DNA of 64,000 nt from Nageia nagi (taxonomy: Eukaryota > Plantae > Pinophyta), in contig JBITNC010000001.1 in the NCBI GenBank assembly GCA_050084985.1, positions 141,174,001 to 141,238,000 on the forward strand, in the 5' to 3' direction. The position numbers and the translations under genes were made by a program. The notes under the pieces were generated by a model, which was not told the origin of the DNA, searched no databases, and saw nothing but the letters and a program-made list of their open reading frames with translations. This document shows positions 12,500 to 25,640 of this stretch, one piece after another; position 1 is the first letter of the stretch; every line of letters begins with the position of its first letter.

Positions 12500-13045
12500 T
12501 ATGACTTTATAGATGACTCCAAATGCATCTAATTATGATGCTATACCCAACGTAAAATAATGCAATATTCAGTGCAATATATGACTCCAAGCACCTCTAT
12601 TTGCAATGCTATATACAACATAAAATAACATTACATTTAAGATACTTTATAATGCCAAAGAAGCTCTATTCATGATGCTATATCCAATGTAAAATTATGC
12701 AATATGAAACATGATATATGATGTCAAGCACCTCTATTTGCAACTCTATCTTCAATGCAATATAGGATGCCAAGCACCTTTATTTGCGATGTTGTATCCA
12801 ACACAAAATGATACAATGTTTAATACAATTTATGATGCTAAAGCACCTTTATTTGCGATGTTATAGCCAACACAAAATGATGCAATATGTAATACTATAT
12901 ATGATGCCAAATACCTCTATATGCAACACTATCTTCAATGTAAAATACAACACAAGTGCCTCTATGTGTGATGCTATATCCAACATAAAATTATGCTATA
13001 CTTGATGTAATGCACAACTCCAAGCACTTTTATGTTCAACGATAA
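12500..13045. repeat. CACTA subterminal tandem repeat, 68-69-bp units plus 45-46-bp short units
   Basis: The core gcacctctat recurs at ~12523, 12591, 12660, 12728, 12774, 12843, 12911, 12956 and 13024. Confidence 0.85.
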
Positions 13046-13207
13046 ATGACACTATTGGTTAGCTCAAAAATTGATGCCCACATTGACATCTACATCGAGA
13101 ATTTATTTAGCATTAAAAATAGCATCATTTCATGAGCATACAAATAAAATAAATAACAAAGTGAAATGATGCGTACCCCAATGTTATTTTATTTTATTAT
13201 AGTAGTG

Positions 13208-13379
13208 AGAATACAAAGGATGAAAAGTTAATTCCTTATGAAGATTTATTTAAAGATATTTTGAGCTCTCATTTTGATCAATTATAAGTTAAAAATATTT
13301 TAAGAAACAATAATAGATTTGTTGATGTTATAACCAATGTTGTCTCTTTAACATCAATTATGGTTGAAGATGAAGATAG
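13208..13379 (+). mobile_element. Host Tat-clade gypsy, additional (archaeal-type) RNase H fragment, left piece
   Basis: NTKDEKLIPYEDLFKDILSSHFDQL*VKNILRNNNRFVDVITNVVSL...VEDED is homologous to 19018-19190 and continues in frame at 22681. Confidence 0.8.
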
Positions 13380-14136
13380 TGTTGAAACCTAATTTTGGTC
13401 CCCCTAAGGTGGCCCCGCTTAGGTGTTATACTATATTGATCTTATATCATATTGTTGGTATTATTCTTAGTCCTTTCTCATGTAATATTCTTATTCTTGT
13501 GTTAGGTACCCCAATGTAGGTGCTAGCCTTCCTAAAGGTAAATTAGAGGTTATCTTACCTTTATAAAGGCAAGTATGATTGCAAGGAAAATTATAAAGAT
13601 TTCAAATCTCAATAGCTAGTACCACTTTAAAGTTAAGTATTTCTTAACACTACCTATCGAGATTGGGATCTGTTATTAGGGGCATATATATATTATTCTA
13701 TATTTTTCAATTATATATTTGGATTGACTTATTCATCTTTTGTTGTGCTTGATCCTTGGTGGTGAACTCTACTTGGTTGGATGCCTTGCCTTCGCACTTT
13801 CATGTATGCCTATGCTATTATTACGAACCTAACATTCGCACTCCTATAAACATTTGCACTACCATTCTTTTTGTTATCCTATGTGAGGTATAACAAGTAT
13901 ATATATTTCACTTGATCCCTTTCTCTTTAGTATATATGTTTGTTATCTTGATATATTGATCCAATAATTTATTATTCGTTGTCACATTTACTATTATATT
14001 ATTGTTCATTTTCTCTTATTTCATTATTTATATGTTTATCTGAGTTAAATAACTAGTATAATACATAATCAAATGTTAAGTATTTTATTATAGTTTCTAC
14101 TTATGTTAAACTAGAGGTCACTAAAACATAACAACA
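13380..14136 (+). repeat. 5' LTR of the Tat element
   Basis: TGTTGA...ACAACA, collinear with 21855-22680. TATA-like ttataaagg at ~13561. Confidence 0.88.
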
Positions 14137-17100
14137 TATTAACACCTTCATTCTATAGCATATCCTTCTCTTAATTAGGGTTGGAAATAAGTTCTCTCGA
14201 ACCTATCCATAATTTTGTTATCACAACAAGAGCCCTAGTGTTTTTTTTTAGAATTTGATCATAAGGTTTTGTGAGTATGGCATATATGGTGAGCATTTCT
14301 CATGAGATATGGCTAAACTAATTAAAATGCCCAAGTTTTGATCCATTCTTGCAAAGGCATCTAAACCAATAAACCATGACAACTATAGCACCAATGTTGT
14401 CATAAGTGCCAATGATACTTTCAATGCCAATGCTGGGCATGCTAATCCATTTGTCAAAACTTACATATTTGAGCAATTTAAATTGTTGGAAATGAAGGTA
14501 CACTTGTTCCATAATTAGTTTGGAATGAGTGTTATAAATATAGAATATCAAGGCAATCCTTTGAGCTTAGAATTTTGTAATGCAATCCTCATGAACATTG
14601 AAGCATGAAAGTGTTTTTACAACTTGGCACCAAGATTTATTACTTCATATTAGGAATTAAAGGATCAATTTAAGTTTCATTTTAGATTCAATGTTAAGAA
14701 ACTAGTGGATTTTAAAGATCTCGTTCATTTCAAAGAAGGTAAGATAGAAAAATTGGACAAATTTTCCACTAGATATGTGAAGAGTTGGAGGTAAATGGAT
14801 TAAACCATGGATAAAAAGTTCATTGCAAAGGTATTTCTTAATAACATTAATCTTATTCTTGGAGCTTGTGTTCTTGATTATGTTAAAGTTCCATTTATAT
14901 ATATGGTTCATATGCTTATTAAGAAATAAAGATACATGTTAAAATCCAATCAACTCAAGTACACGTCCTCTTCAACTAAAGATAATGGTAGGAAGCTATA
15001 CCAAAAGAAAGATGACACTTTTGTAAATATTATTGAACATATAACCTAAGATAAGAATCAAGAAAATAAACATGAGAGTGTCAAAGATAAGTATCCACTT
15101 CGCATGACTCCTAGTATAATATTAGAGGATTACGTTGCAAAACATATAATAAAGAGATTTCAAGGAAAATAATATTGTCCTAATGATGACAAACTACATT
15201 GGTACAAGGAGAGTACATTTTGTACATATCATCAAGTTAAGGGACATCATACACTAGGTTGTTATGCCATGAGAAAAGTCTTAAAATAACTTATAGATAA
15301 TGGAATAATATCCTATGATCTAATGATGTGATTATGGTGAAAGATAAAGATCTCTTGCCTGTTAACATGGTAAATATGATAATTTATGATGACAATAGTG
15401 AACCAATCAAGTTTGATGATGAATCAAGTGAAGATTAAGAATCATATATAAATTCAAATTCAGAACCAAAAAAATAAAAGGTATGCCATACCACAACATG
15501 AAGTAAAAAAGGTATTCCTAATCCTATTTCTACTGTAAAATAAGTACCTTATACAACTTTTATTAAAAAAAGAAGAAGATAAATGCAAGAAGAATGTTAT
15601 TCAAATTTTGAAAAATACTAATGCTAATATCAGTTCACTTGAGTTATTTAAAACATTTGAAGAACATATATTGACTTTATTTGAATTTCTTAGTGGCATA
15701 GATGTTGATACTAACATTTCAACAAGCACTTTGGTAGGAGTGGTTGATTGTTTTAAGTAGGAACTAACCTTTACCAAAGATGAGATTCTTAGCTAAGAGG
15801 TCATTGATAAACATTTAGGGATACACATTCATGTCAAAATCATGGGAAAAATAGTTTTAAATGCATTAATTGATGATGGCGTAGGTTTGAACATATGCTC
15901 TCTAGAATTCTTACAAAATTTTGGAGATAAATTGATGAATAGATTGCAACAAAAAAGGTACAATATTATAGGTTTTGATAATGGAAGAAGATTGTGCATA
16001 GATCATATAATCATTCCTATTTAGTTTGGACATAAAACTATAGATGTTACAACATATGTTCTTTACAAGAAGGTGCCTTTAATATCCTTCTTGGTAAGAC
16101 TACGGATTCATCCAATGAGTTGCATATAATCTATCCTTCATAGATTGTTAAAATCTAACCATGAAGGAAAATAGTATGTTATAAAAGTTGTAGATGATCC
16201 CACATGCGTGATTAGGAGCATTGTAAATGTTATCATCCCTTATAAATACATAGAGATATAATAAGATTTAGAAGAATATGAAAATGATGATAGTATGTAG
16301 TTATAGAAAGAAATAAGTGTTGGTACCTATGCAATCAACCAGAAGGTGATCAAAGCAGATATCAAATTTTTTAGATAGACCACTTCTTCATAGAAACATC
16401 AATACTCACATCGATGATAGCATTCTCACCAGTACCAATGTGCGTACTCATATGATAGTGAGTGCTCACATTGCATTACTTATTTGAAATGTGGCCATTA
16501 TCAGTCTCAATTCGAAGATGACAAAATGAAGGAGGTGTTGTATAATATTGATACATTAGAATCTACTACAAAAAGTGATGATGAATCTAAATAATGGCTA
16601 CTTATGCAAAATTCAACAAAAAGGCTAGAGCTATAAAATATCATGCACCATTGATCCCATAATATATGGAATCATGACACTACAAAGATCAATTTTTAAG
16701 CAAATCTAAGTAAGGTATTGAAGAATTACTTACAAACATGTTCAACTCAAATTCAAGAAAAAAAGGAATTGGAGCAAAATATAATAATGAGTCTTTAGTT
16801 TTCAACTAATACTAAGGATGAATTAGGATCAAAATTAAATAAGCAAGCAATAAATATGGTTGAATTGGTCCTTGACACACCAAAGGTGGCTAGATCACAT
16901 AGGAGGATGTGTGCTTGCACTAGAGGTATCTCTAACATTGTAGTAAACATTCACATTGAAGACATAAAATGAGATTCTAGCTACCCCCTATTAGAAAAAA
17001 TAGTTCCAAGGTCTATGCATATGTTCGAGATGGATGTTGCACTTATGCATATGTTGGGGGATTGATATAAGTTTAACAACTTAGATCCAAAGAGATAAGG

Positions 17101-17224
17101 AAAATGAGCATTCCATTCTCATGCATATTTTGGAGAGGAGATGGATGATATAATAGGTTTATCCTTTATACACTAGCCTACTTTCATCTTTTCTCAAGTA
17201 GGAGTAGGCTAAGTAGCTAGGGAT

Positions 17225-17244
17225 GTGTGTGTGTGTGTGTGTGT
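17225..17244. repeat. (GT)n microsatellite
   Basis: tgtgtgtgtgtgtgtgtgtg. Confidence 0.9.
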
Positions 17245-20200
17245 TTGTGTCATGTTTTTTCTTATGATATAATAGTCCTACTTGGGATATTGCCTAATCT
17301 TTCTATAGCTGATGATGAAATACCTTGGTTGAATGAACCTCTAGTTGAAATAGACATTGGTACTAAAGATGTACTATGCATATTTCATATTGGAAATGGA
17401 ATTATTGGTGATGACAAGGTCAAATATCAAATATTTCTAAAAGATTTTGGGGATATGTTTGCTTGGTAATATATTGAAATGGAAGGATTGGATCTTGCCT
17501 TTAAGACTCATAATTTGGTTGTTCATGAGCATGTTAAACATGTAAAATAGAAAAGAAGGCCTACACATCACAAGCATGTTTTGCTAGCCAAGAAGGAAAT
17601 AAATAAACATGATAAGGTTGGTTTCATTGAACCTATTGATTACACACCATGGCTATCCAACATTGTTCCTACAATGAAACCAAATTGAGAAATTAGATGT
17701 TGTACAAATTTTAGATATTTGAATAAGGCATGTCTTTAAGATAATTTTCCATTTCCACACATTAAAATAATTATAGATTCTACTATATGCCACAAAATGT
17801 TATCTTTAATGGATGGTTTTCAGGTTACAATAAGATAAAGATCAATAAAGAAGATCATCACAAGACTTCCTTCACTACTCCTTGGGGAATATTTTGTTGG
17901 GTAACCATGCCCTTTGGCCTCAAGAATGTTGGAATCACATATCAAAGAGCAATGATAACTATGTTTCATGATTTGATTCATAAATCAATTGAGATACATG
18001 TTGATAATATTCTTGCTAAATATGAGAAAAAAGAGGATCATTTAGGATATTTAAGGGCTATATTTAATAAAATGAGATAGTTTAATTTGAAGCTTAACTT
18101 TAATAAGTGTGTTTTTAGGGTATCAAGTGGAAAATTGCTATGATACATTCTATCTATAAGAGGAATAGAAATTGATCCCAATAAGTTAAAAGCTATCATG
18201 GACATACCTCCTCCTAGGAATAACAAATAACTTCAAAGTTTGCAAGGAAAATTACAAGCAATCAAAACATTTATAGCTCAGTTGGGGGATATAAAAGCAA
18301 CTTTATATCACTTGATCAAGAAAGAAAACAAGTTTATTTGGATTGAAGAATGTAAAAAAGTATTTGATGATATCAAAAGGTACTACTTACTTAATCCTCC
18401 TATTTTACAACCCATTGATTATTAAATGCATTTATATTTGTATATTTCAACTACAAATCATGTTGTAGGAACTATTTTGATACAAATTGATAACGAAAAC
18501 AAAGAAAGGGTTGTGTATTATCTGTCTAAAATATTGCATGATGTAGAAATAAGGTGTACTCCAATTAAGAAGTTGTGTAATGCCATTGTATATACTAATA
18601 AAAAAAATAAGATATCATATGATTACTAATACCACTTATGTAGTAGATCAAGTTGATCCATTAAGGTATATACTTTCTAAAACTCAATTACAAGGAAGAA
18701 TTACCAAATGGATAATGGAATTACAAGAATTTGATCTCATCTACATGTTTCAAAAGGAACTCAAAGGACAAGTTATTACGAATATGTTAGCTAAAGCACC
18801 ATGTGAAAATTCTACTCCAAGCAAAGAACAACTTTAAGATGAACATGTGGCATGGGTTGAGGGAGATGATGAGCAAAAATGGACACTCTATTTTGATGGT
18901 TCTAAGTTCCTAAAAGGGTTCAAGGTAGGTTTCAAGGTTTCTATGAATTTGAGTATCGATAATCTATAAGTATATGATGATTCACAACTTGTTATCAATC
19001 AAATAAATGAAGTTTACAATAAAAAAGATGAAAAGCTACAACCATGCAAGGAGTTGGTAACAAAGATGGTAGAAAGATGCTTTTAAAAGGTTTAATTTGA
19101 GAATATTCTAAGAAACAGTAACAAATTTGCGGATGCCATCGCCAATACCACTTATTTGATGCCTATTTCCATTGAAGATGAAGAAACTATTATCAAAATA
19201 AACACTCTTAAGAATCATTCCTTGGTAGATAAGGTGACCTTTATCAATTTCTTTGAGCAAGAACCAATTATATGTGTTATTCTTCCATTAAATTAATGGT
19301 ATGTTGATATATACAACTTTTTGAAAATGGAAATATTTTGGATTCATATCACATTAAATTTTTTAAACAAAAACTCAAGTGAAAGACAACAAGGTATGTC
19401 ATTATCGGTGATATTCTTTACAAAAGATGTTTTTCTAAAACATTGCTTAGATGTTTAACTAAAAAAGAAACTAGTAAAGCTATGGAACAAGTGCATGATA
19501 TCATAAGTGGAGGGCACTTTAATGGTAAGATTATATTTAATAAGTTGTTAAGATTAGGTTATTATTAACCATCTATGGAAAAAGATTGCATACTTCATAT
19601 TAAGAAATATGATAAATGTCAAAAGCATGCTAACTTAAGATTAGCTCCTTCAAATGAGTTACCTAAAATGATCTCTCCTTGGTCATTTTCTATTTGGTAT
19701 TTGAATTTGGTTGGGTTATTAATCCTAAATCTAGTGAATATCATAAGTTTATTTTGGTTTCTATTGAGTATTTTCCCAAGTGGACAGAAGTAGTACCTTT
19801 GAGATCATCTAAGGTTATTTAAATTGTGAAATTTTTGATTGATAATATCATTACAAGAATTGATGTTCCATCTCACATAATCATGGACAATGGTAGCAAT
19901 TTTAGAAGAAAGCATATCAAGGAATTCTAGAAGGCATTTAAGATAAAGCAAAAGTTCTCATCAAGATACTATCCTTGACCCAATGGAAAATTTGTAGCAA
20001 CCAACAATACCATCATAAATATTTTATGCAAGATTGTCAAAAAGCATCAAGGAGATTGACATTCATAGCTAATATATGCACTATGGGCTTATAGAACAAG
20101 CATCGAATCAACAATAGTATGTACTCTATTTTCATTATAAGTTTATAGGGATGATTCAATACTTCCATTAGAGCACATAAAAAAATAATTAAGAAATCAT

Positions 20201-21014
20201 ATGGATAGAAAATAAGACCAAGAGAATTTCAGGCTGGTGATTTGGTTCTCAAGGAAAATCATCAAAAAATACATGTTGAGAAAGAAGATAAAGGTAAATT
20301 TGAAACAAATTGGATTGGTCTATACATCATCAAGATAAAATATCCCAATGAAGCATACAAATTAGCAACTATTGATAGAAAAAGAAGATAGAGAATCCTA
20401 TCATGTATTTTTTCAGTCTTATTCAATCAATAGCTTGCTCAAATATCTAAGATCATCTCCTCAGCCTCATTTATGTTCCTCTGTTATCCTAGCACTAGCA
20501 TTAGTCTTCTATTTATTTTTTAGTTATGTATCTTAGCACTTGCACTAGTTCATATTATGATTTATGATTTGCAAAAACTACTATAAAGTTAGTGGTCTCA
20601 AATACATCTTTTTGTTTAATACTTCATGTAAATTAAGATTATGAGAATGCCATGGTTCAATTTCCTAATTTGAGTTTATCAGTCATACAATTGATGCCTT
20701 GAGGAAAGGGTAAACCTTTTTTTTTTTAAATTGTAGTTTATTCATATTTCTTCATCAACATCTCAGTATAAAACATATTCTTAGATCAATGGCCTCAATG
20801 ACCATAACATCCACATTAATCATGGCAATAATGCTAACCTTAGCATCTATGCTGGGCACCATATTCCCATCAGAATCATAAATGGTAAGGTAAGGTATCA
20901 TTTTCTATTATATTCCTAATATTTTTATATCCATAACAAATATATGCATATTGTCTACTTTATCATGTTCTTGTTATGATCATATTATATTACTTCATTT
21001 GGAAATATTGTCAT

Positions 21015-21140
21015 GTCCTTGTTGGGTGGATGTTAAATAACCATTACTAATTTATGATCATATCTTTGTTGGGTGGATGTTAAATAACCATCAATGATTT
21101 ATGATAATATTCTTGTTGGGTGGATATTAAATAAGTATCC
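21015..21140. repeat. ~47-bp tandem repeat x3 in the Tat 3' UTR
   Basis: ttgttgggtggat(g/a)ttaaataa at ~21019, 21066 and 21113. Confidence 0.85.
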
Positions 21141-21854
21141 TTGTTATTATTTTATGATCATTATATTTTAAAATATGACAACCCTATGGGTTTAGCATTT
21201 ATCATATTGTATGTATTTAGTAGGAAGACATTGATAAAAACCCATATTCTAGAATATGGTAACCCCTTTGGGTTGTGCATCTATCACTTATGATAGTTCA
21301 TTATGATCATATGTATGCATCCATGAATGAAGCACTAGGTATTTCTATGATAATTTGTATCTATGAATAGGATATTTAGTGCTTTCATGATGATGTTATA
21401 TTATATTAATTTTATCCTTACTCTTTATTGTTATATCATTTGTGATGAAATAATATGTATGAGTCCATGAATGGGATGCTTGATTCTAATGTGATGATTT
21501 TTATCCATGAATAAGGAATTGATTATTATCATGATGATATCATGCACTTATGATGATTATTGCTCTCATTATCATTGCCACATCTTTTAGAGTTTATCAT
21601 CACATATATATTTGAAAGGTGATATTTTTTGTCTCTCCTTTTTTAGGTTATTATTTACTCTTGGTTATTCTAATTACATATATATCCATTCCACTTCATA
21701 ACCAAGGCAAATAGGGGGTAACATATATCATTAATCCTTTATGATTAGATAGTTCGACAACAAAACTAGGGAAGTATAAATTTTATCTTCTCTTTATTTT
21801 TTTCTTCCTTTGCAAGCATAATTTCATTTTATTATACTTGCAAAGGGGTGCATC

Positions 21855-22680
21855 TATTGACACCTAATTTTGGTCCCCTTAAGGTGTCCCTACTTAGGTG
21901 TTATACTATATTGATCTTATATCATATTGTTGGTGTTATTCTTGGTCCTTTTTCATGTAATCTCCTTATTCTTATGATAGGTATCCCAACATCGATGCTT
22001 GCCTTCCTAAAGGGAAATTGGAGGTTATCTTGCATATATAAAGGTAAGTATGATTGTAGGAAAAGTTATCAAGATTTCAAATTTTTATAGCTAGTACCAC
22101 TTCAAAGTTCAGGTGTTTCTTAACTTTGCCTTTTGATATTGGAATCTTATTACCACAAGCATATTTGTTATTCTATATTTCATAATTATATGATTGGCTT
22201 GACTTGTTGATCTTCTACTATGGTTAATCCTTGGTGGAGAACTATACTTGGTTAGATGCCTAGTGTCCACACTTTCGTGCATTCTCGTATTATTATTTCA
22301 AACCTAATATCCACACTCTTGCAAGCATCTATGTTGCCATTTTTTTGCTATTCTCCATGGGGTTCGTACATCAAGGTCATTTATCTTAAGCAAGTTCTTA
22401 TCTACATATAATCAACTTCTCCCAGGTAAGATCTAACATGTATTTATCTTTCACTCGATCCCTTTCTTTTTATTGCATACATTTGTTATCTTGATACCTT
22501 GATCTAATAATCTATTATTCACTATCACATTTTTTATTAGATTATTGTTCATTTCATGCTATTTCATTATCTATATATTTATCTAAGTTAAATAACTAGG
22601 ATAATACATAATCACATGTTAAATGTTTTATTATAATTTCTACTTAGGTTATCCTAGGGGTAATTAAAAACATAATAACA
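21855..22680 (+). repeat. 3' LTR of the Tat element
   Basis: tattgacacc...aataaca after the PPT. It carries a ~70-bp segment (~22363-22432) absent from the 5' LTR. Confidence 0.88.
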
Positions 22681-24056
22681 AATACAATTATAAGGATAAA
22701 GAGCATTAATAACCCATCTCATGCTATTAATCATATGATGCACTAAAAGTTCTTGATGGATCTCATATAAATGCTTGTTTCATGATTGCTTATAATGCAT
22801 GATATGTTGATATATACAAATACCTTAAAGATAAAACCTTACCTAAAAGTTGCAAGACCAAAAATCAAAAGAAAAGGCTCAAAAATATAATTAAAATGTA
22901 TGTACTAATCATATATGTCCTCTATAAAAGATCATTTTAAGGTTATTTACTTAAATGCTTACTTATTTATGAGGATAAAATTGCCATTGAACAAGTCCAT
23001 GATGGTTAAAGTGGAAGTCATTTCAATGGTAGAACTATACATCATGAGCTTATAATATTAGGATATTGTTGGCAATATATGCTTCATGATTGCATTATCC
23101 ATGTCAAGAAATGTGTAATCTATCAAAAACATGCCAATTTACAATTGACATCTTCTCATGGCCTTCATAAAATGATTTCTCCTTGACCTTTCTTATTTGG
23201 GTTATGGATCTCATAGGGGTTATTAATCCTAAATCAAGGGAAGCACACAAATTCATCATCAAAGCCATATAATACTTCACAAAGTGGGTTGAATCAATTC
23301 CACTTAAATCATCTAAAGGGACTAAAATCATCAAATTCTTTATTGAATATATCATTAAAATATTTAGCATTGTATCAAAAATCATTATGGATAATGGAAC
23401 TAACTTCAAATATGTAAGAAAAATTTGCAAAACCTTCAATATTTAACAAAACTTTATTTCATCTTATTATCCTCAAGGCAATGGATGGGTTGAAGCTATA
23501 AATGAAATGATTGTCAACATCTTATGCAAAATAATAAAGAAACATGACATAGATTGGTATGAAAAATTGGTGTATGCTTTGTGGGCTTATAAAACCAACA
23601 TTAAATTAGCTACATGATACACTCCATACTCATTAGTCTACATTGATGAGATTATCTTACCTTCAAAAGTTGAAATTCCATCCTAAGGGTCTCATTAGAA
23701 GGGACAACAACTGATGAAGAAGAAATATTTGTAAGATTAAACCAATTAAAAGGACTTGATGAAAGAAGGGTAAATGCTCTTGAACACCTCATTATTTATC
23801 ATAATAGGATAAAAAAAGGTATATAGTAAGAAAATCATAACACGAGAATTTAAGGTTGGTGATTTGGTACCTAAGGAGAGCTATCATAAGATAAAGTTAG
23901 AATAGGAAAATAAAGCAATGTTTAATTCCAATTAGATTGGACCATTTTTTACCAAAGAAAAAATATCACAATGGGGCATATAAGTTACAAATCATTGAAT
24001 TCAAGGAGAACAAGTTTACAACCAATGTCATGCATCTCGAATCCTTCCACACATGA
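22681..24056 (+). mobile_element. Host Tat-clade gypsy integrase remnant, right piece
   Basis: It continues 13208-13379 (TIIRIKSINNPSH). Motifs: EQVHDG*SGSHFNG, CVIYQKHANL, WVMDLIG, FTKWVESIPL, IIMDNGTNF, YYPQGNGWVEA, ALWAYKT and a GPF motif at ~23940. Confidence 0.88.
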
Positions 24057-24353
24057 CCAAGAGCAAGTAAGTATTTATATTTTTAATTTTTTATCATAGA
24101 GTGATTTTAGTAGTAAGGATTTCAACTTAGGATCATATATCTCAAAGAAAATGCCCTTATCTTAAAATTGCATCAGGACCTTGATTCTTAGAAAATGATT
24201 GTCAAAAAATAAAAAAATCAAAAAGGAAGTTCACAAATAAAATTACCCTCCAAGCCAAGGTAGGTCATTCAAAAAAGAGTTCCAAAAAAATATTCCATCA
24301 AAAATATGCAAATCTCCCATGATCAACAACCCCAATGTTGCTTACAACACCAA

Positions 24354-24896
24354 TGTTGGTATGCATTGAGAGAAACTAATCCTAAATGACTAAATCTCTA
24401 TTCAACCAAGATCACAAGAAAGCTCTCGCAACTTCAACATAATAACATAGCACAATAGTCATTCTCACAAACTAAACACCAATATAAAGTGGTTCCTCCA
24501 ACCATGGGAGTACATACACTAATTTGAGATCTTTATTCCTAAGATGCACTCTCTTACAACAACTCTTCCTACTTGTTCTAACAATCCTAATGCATAACAA
24601 TACTACAAACTTGAGTGAGTAATCTCAAAGAGAGGTCCCTCTAGTTATAGGCCAAAATCCTCCCTTGGATCACTCTTTTAACCATTGTACAAATTCATGA
24701 CATGTAACACCCTCTTACCCAAGGGCATATCCATGATATGAAGTGTAGGACAAGTTACATTATTTTATTCATAAATACTTAAAAGGTATTTAATGATACT
24801 TTTATTCACTAAATACTTAAGGTATCTAAGATACTTTCAAGTATTAAATGAATTTACATCAAAAGAACTTACAATAATGCATTATACACTCTAATA
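24354..24896 (-). repeat. 3' LTR of the copia element (outer boundary approximate)
   Basis: It begins right after the PPT with tattag (degenerate TG) and ends at tgttgg (24354) on +. Confidence 0.6.
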
Positions 24897-25468
24897 CTCC
24901 CCCTTAATGCAATATTGAGATAGAATAGAGAGAAGAAAGAGAGAGTTCTCCTCCATTGAGATACAATCAAAGATGAGAACATTTACATATTTGAGAAATA
25001 AGCAAGATCTTAGATTGAGGCTCATTACAATACCATTTGACAAAATGGTTTACAATACAATCATTAAGTATAAAGTGGTCATTTAATAACAAGTTGACAT
25101 AATGAGCCTCCATGAGTATGCTCACTTGAAGTAGGTAACTTGCATCTCAAGAAACCTGCAAGCTATAAGCAACTCATAAATAAGATTAGTTAGATGCATC
25201 ATATAAATATTCATATCAACATAAGAAAAATGAATCAAGTAATGTCATCCATAAACTGATCAATGGTGCACTATAATACATCACAAATATGCCAAGTCAA
25301 TACTCATAGTCACTTGTTGTATAAAAGCATGTGTTGATCAACATAAAAAATAGAGCATAAGCACATATGAGTTCCTCACATATGGATAACCAAATAGTGC
25401 CAAAATGCACATATCGATTTCTCAAATATTAATAACTAAAATAGTGCTAACATAAGCTAAAATGTACC

Positions 25469-25640
25469 ACTAGTTCCTCATAGGGAGTGAACTAACCATG
25501 AAGGTCTACATCATCTGCTAAAAAATGTACAACTAGTTCCTCACATGAAGTGAACTAACCATGAAGGTGTACATCATATGCTCAAGAAATTTACAACTAG
25601 TTCTTCGCATGAAGAGAACTAACCATGAAGGTGTACACAA
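25469..25640. repeat. 63-64-bp tandem repeat x3 in the copia 3' UTR
   Basis: actagttc(c/t)tc...gaactaaccatgaaggt at 25469, 25532 and 25596. Confidence 0.9.

Larger units (their letters stand above)
2735..13207 (+). mobile_element. CACTA (En/Spm) DNA transposon, degenerate, carrying captured PPR-DYW fragments; left end not identified
   Basis: The right terminus TAGTAGTG at 13200-13207 (RC CACTACTA) directly abuts unrelated retrotransposon coding sequence. Subterminal gatgc/gcatc-rich repeats lie at 12370-13180, with similar motifs at 5075-5150. TnpA-like exons at 8172-9810. Confidence 0.65.
13380..22680 (+). mobile_element. Full-length degenerate Ty3/gypsy Tat-clade LTR retrotransposon (gag-PR-RT-RH-aRH-INT)
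   Basis: LTRs at 13380-14136 and 21855-22680, PPT aaaggggtgca at 21842-21852, degenerate TSD gatag/aatac. Domains: Gag CTYHQVKGHHTLGC (~15220), protease ALIDDGVGLNIC (~15860), RT (GFSGYNKI, TTPWGIFCWVTMPFGLKN, IHVDNIL), RNase H (VVYYLSK, KWIMELQEFD), aRH (WTLYFDGS, DSQLVINQI), integrase HHCC and core. Many stops. Confidence 0.93.

Noticed and set aside
12500-13045. CRISPR-like array
   Set aside because: Whole units are homologous with no unique spacers, there are no cas genes, and the context is a eukaryotic TE end.
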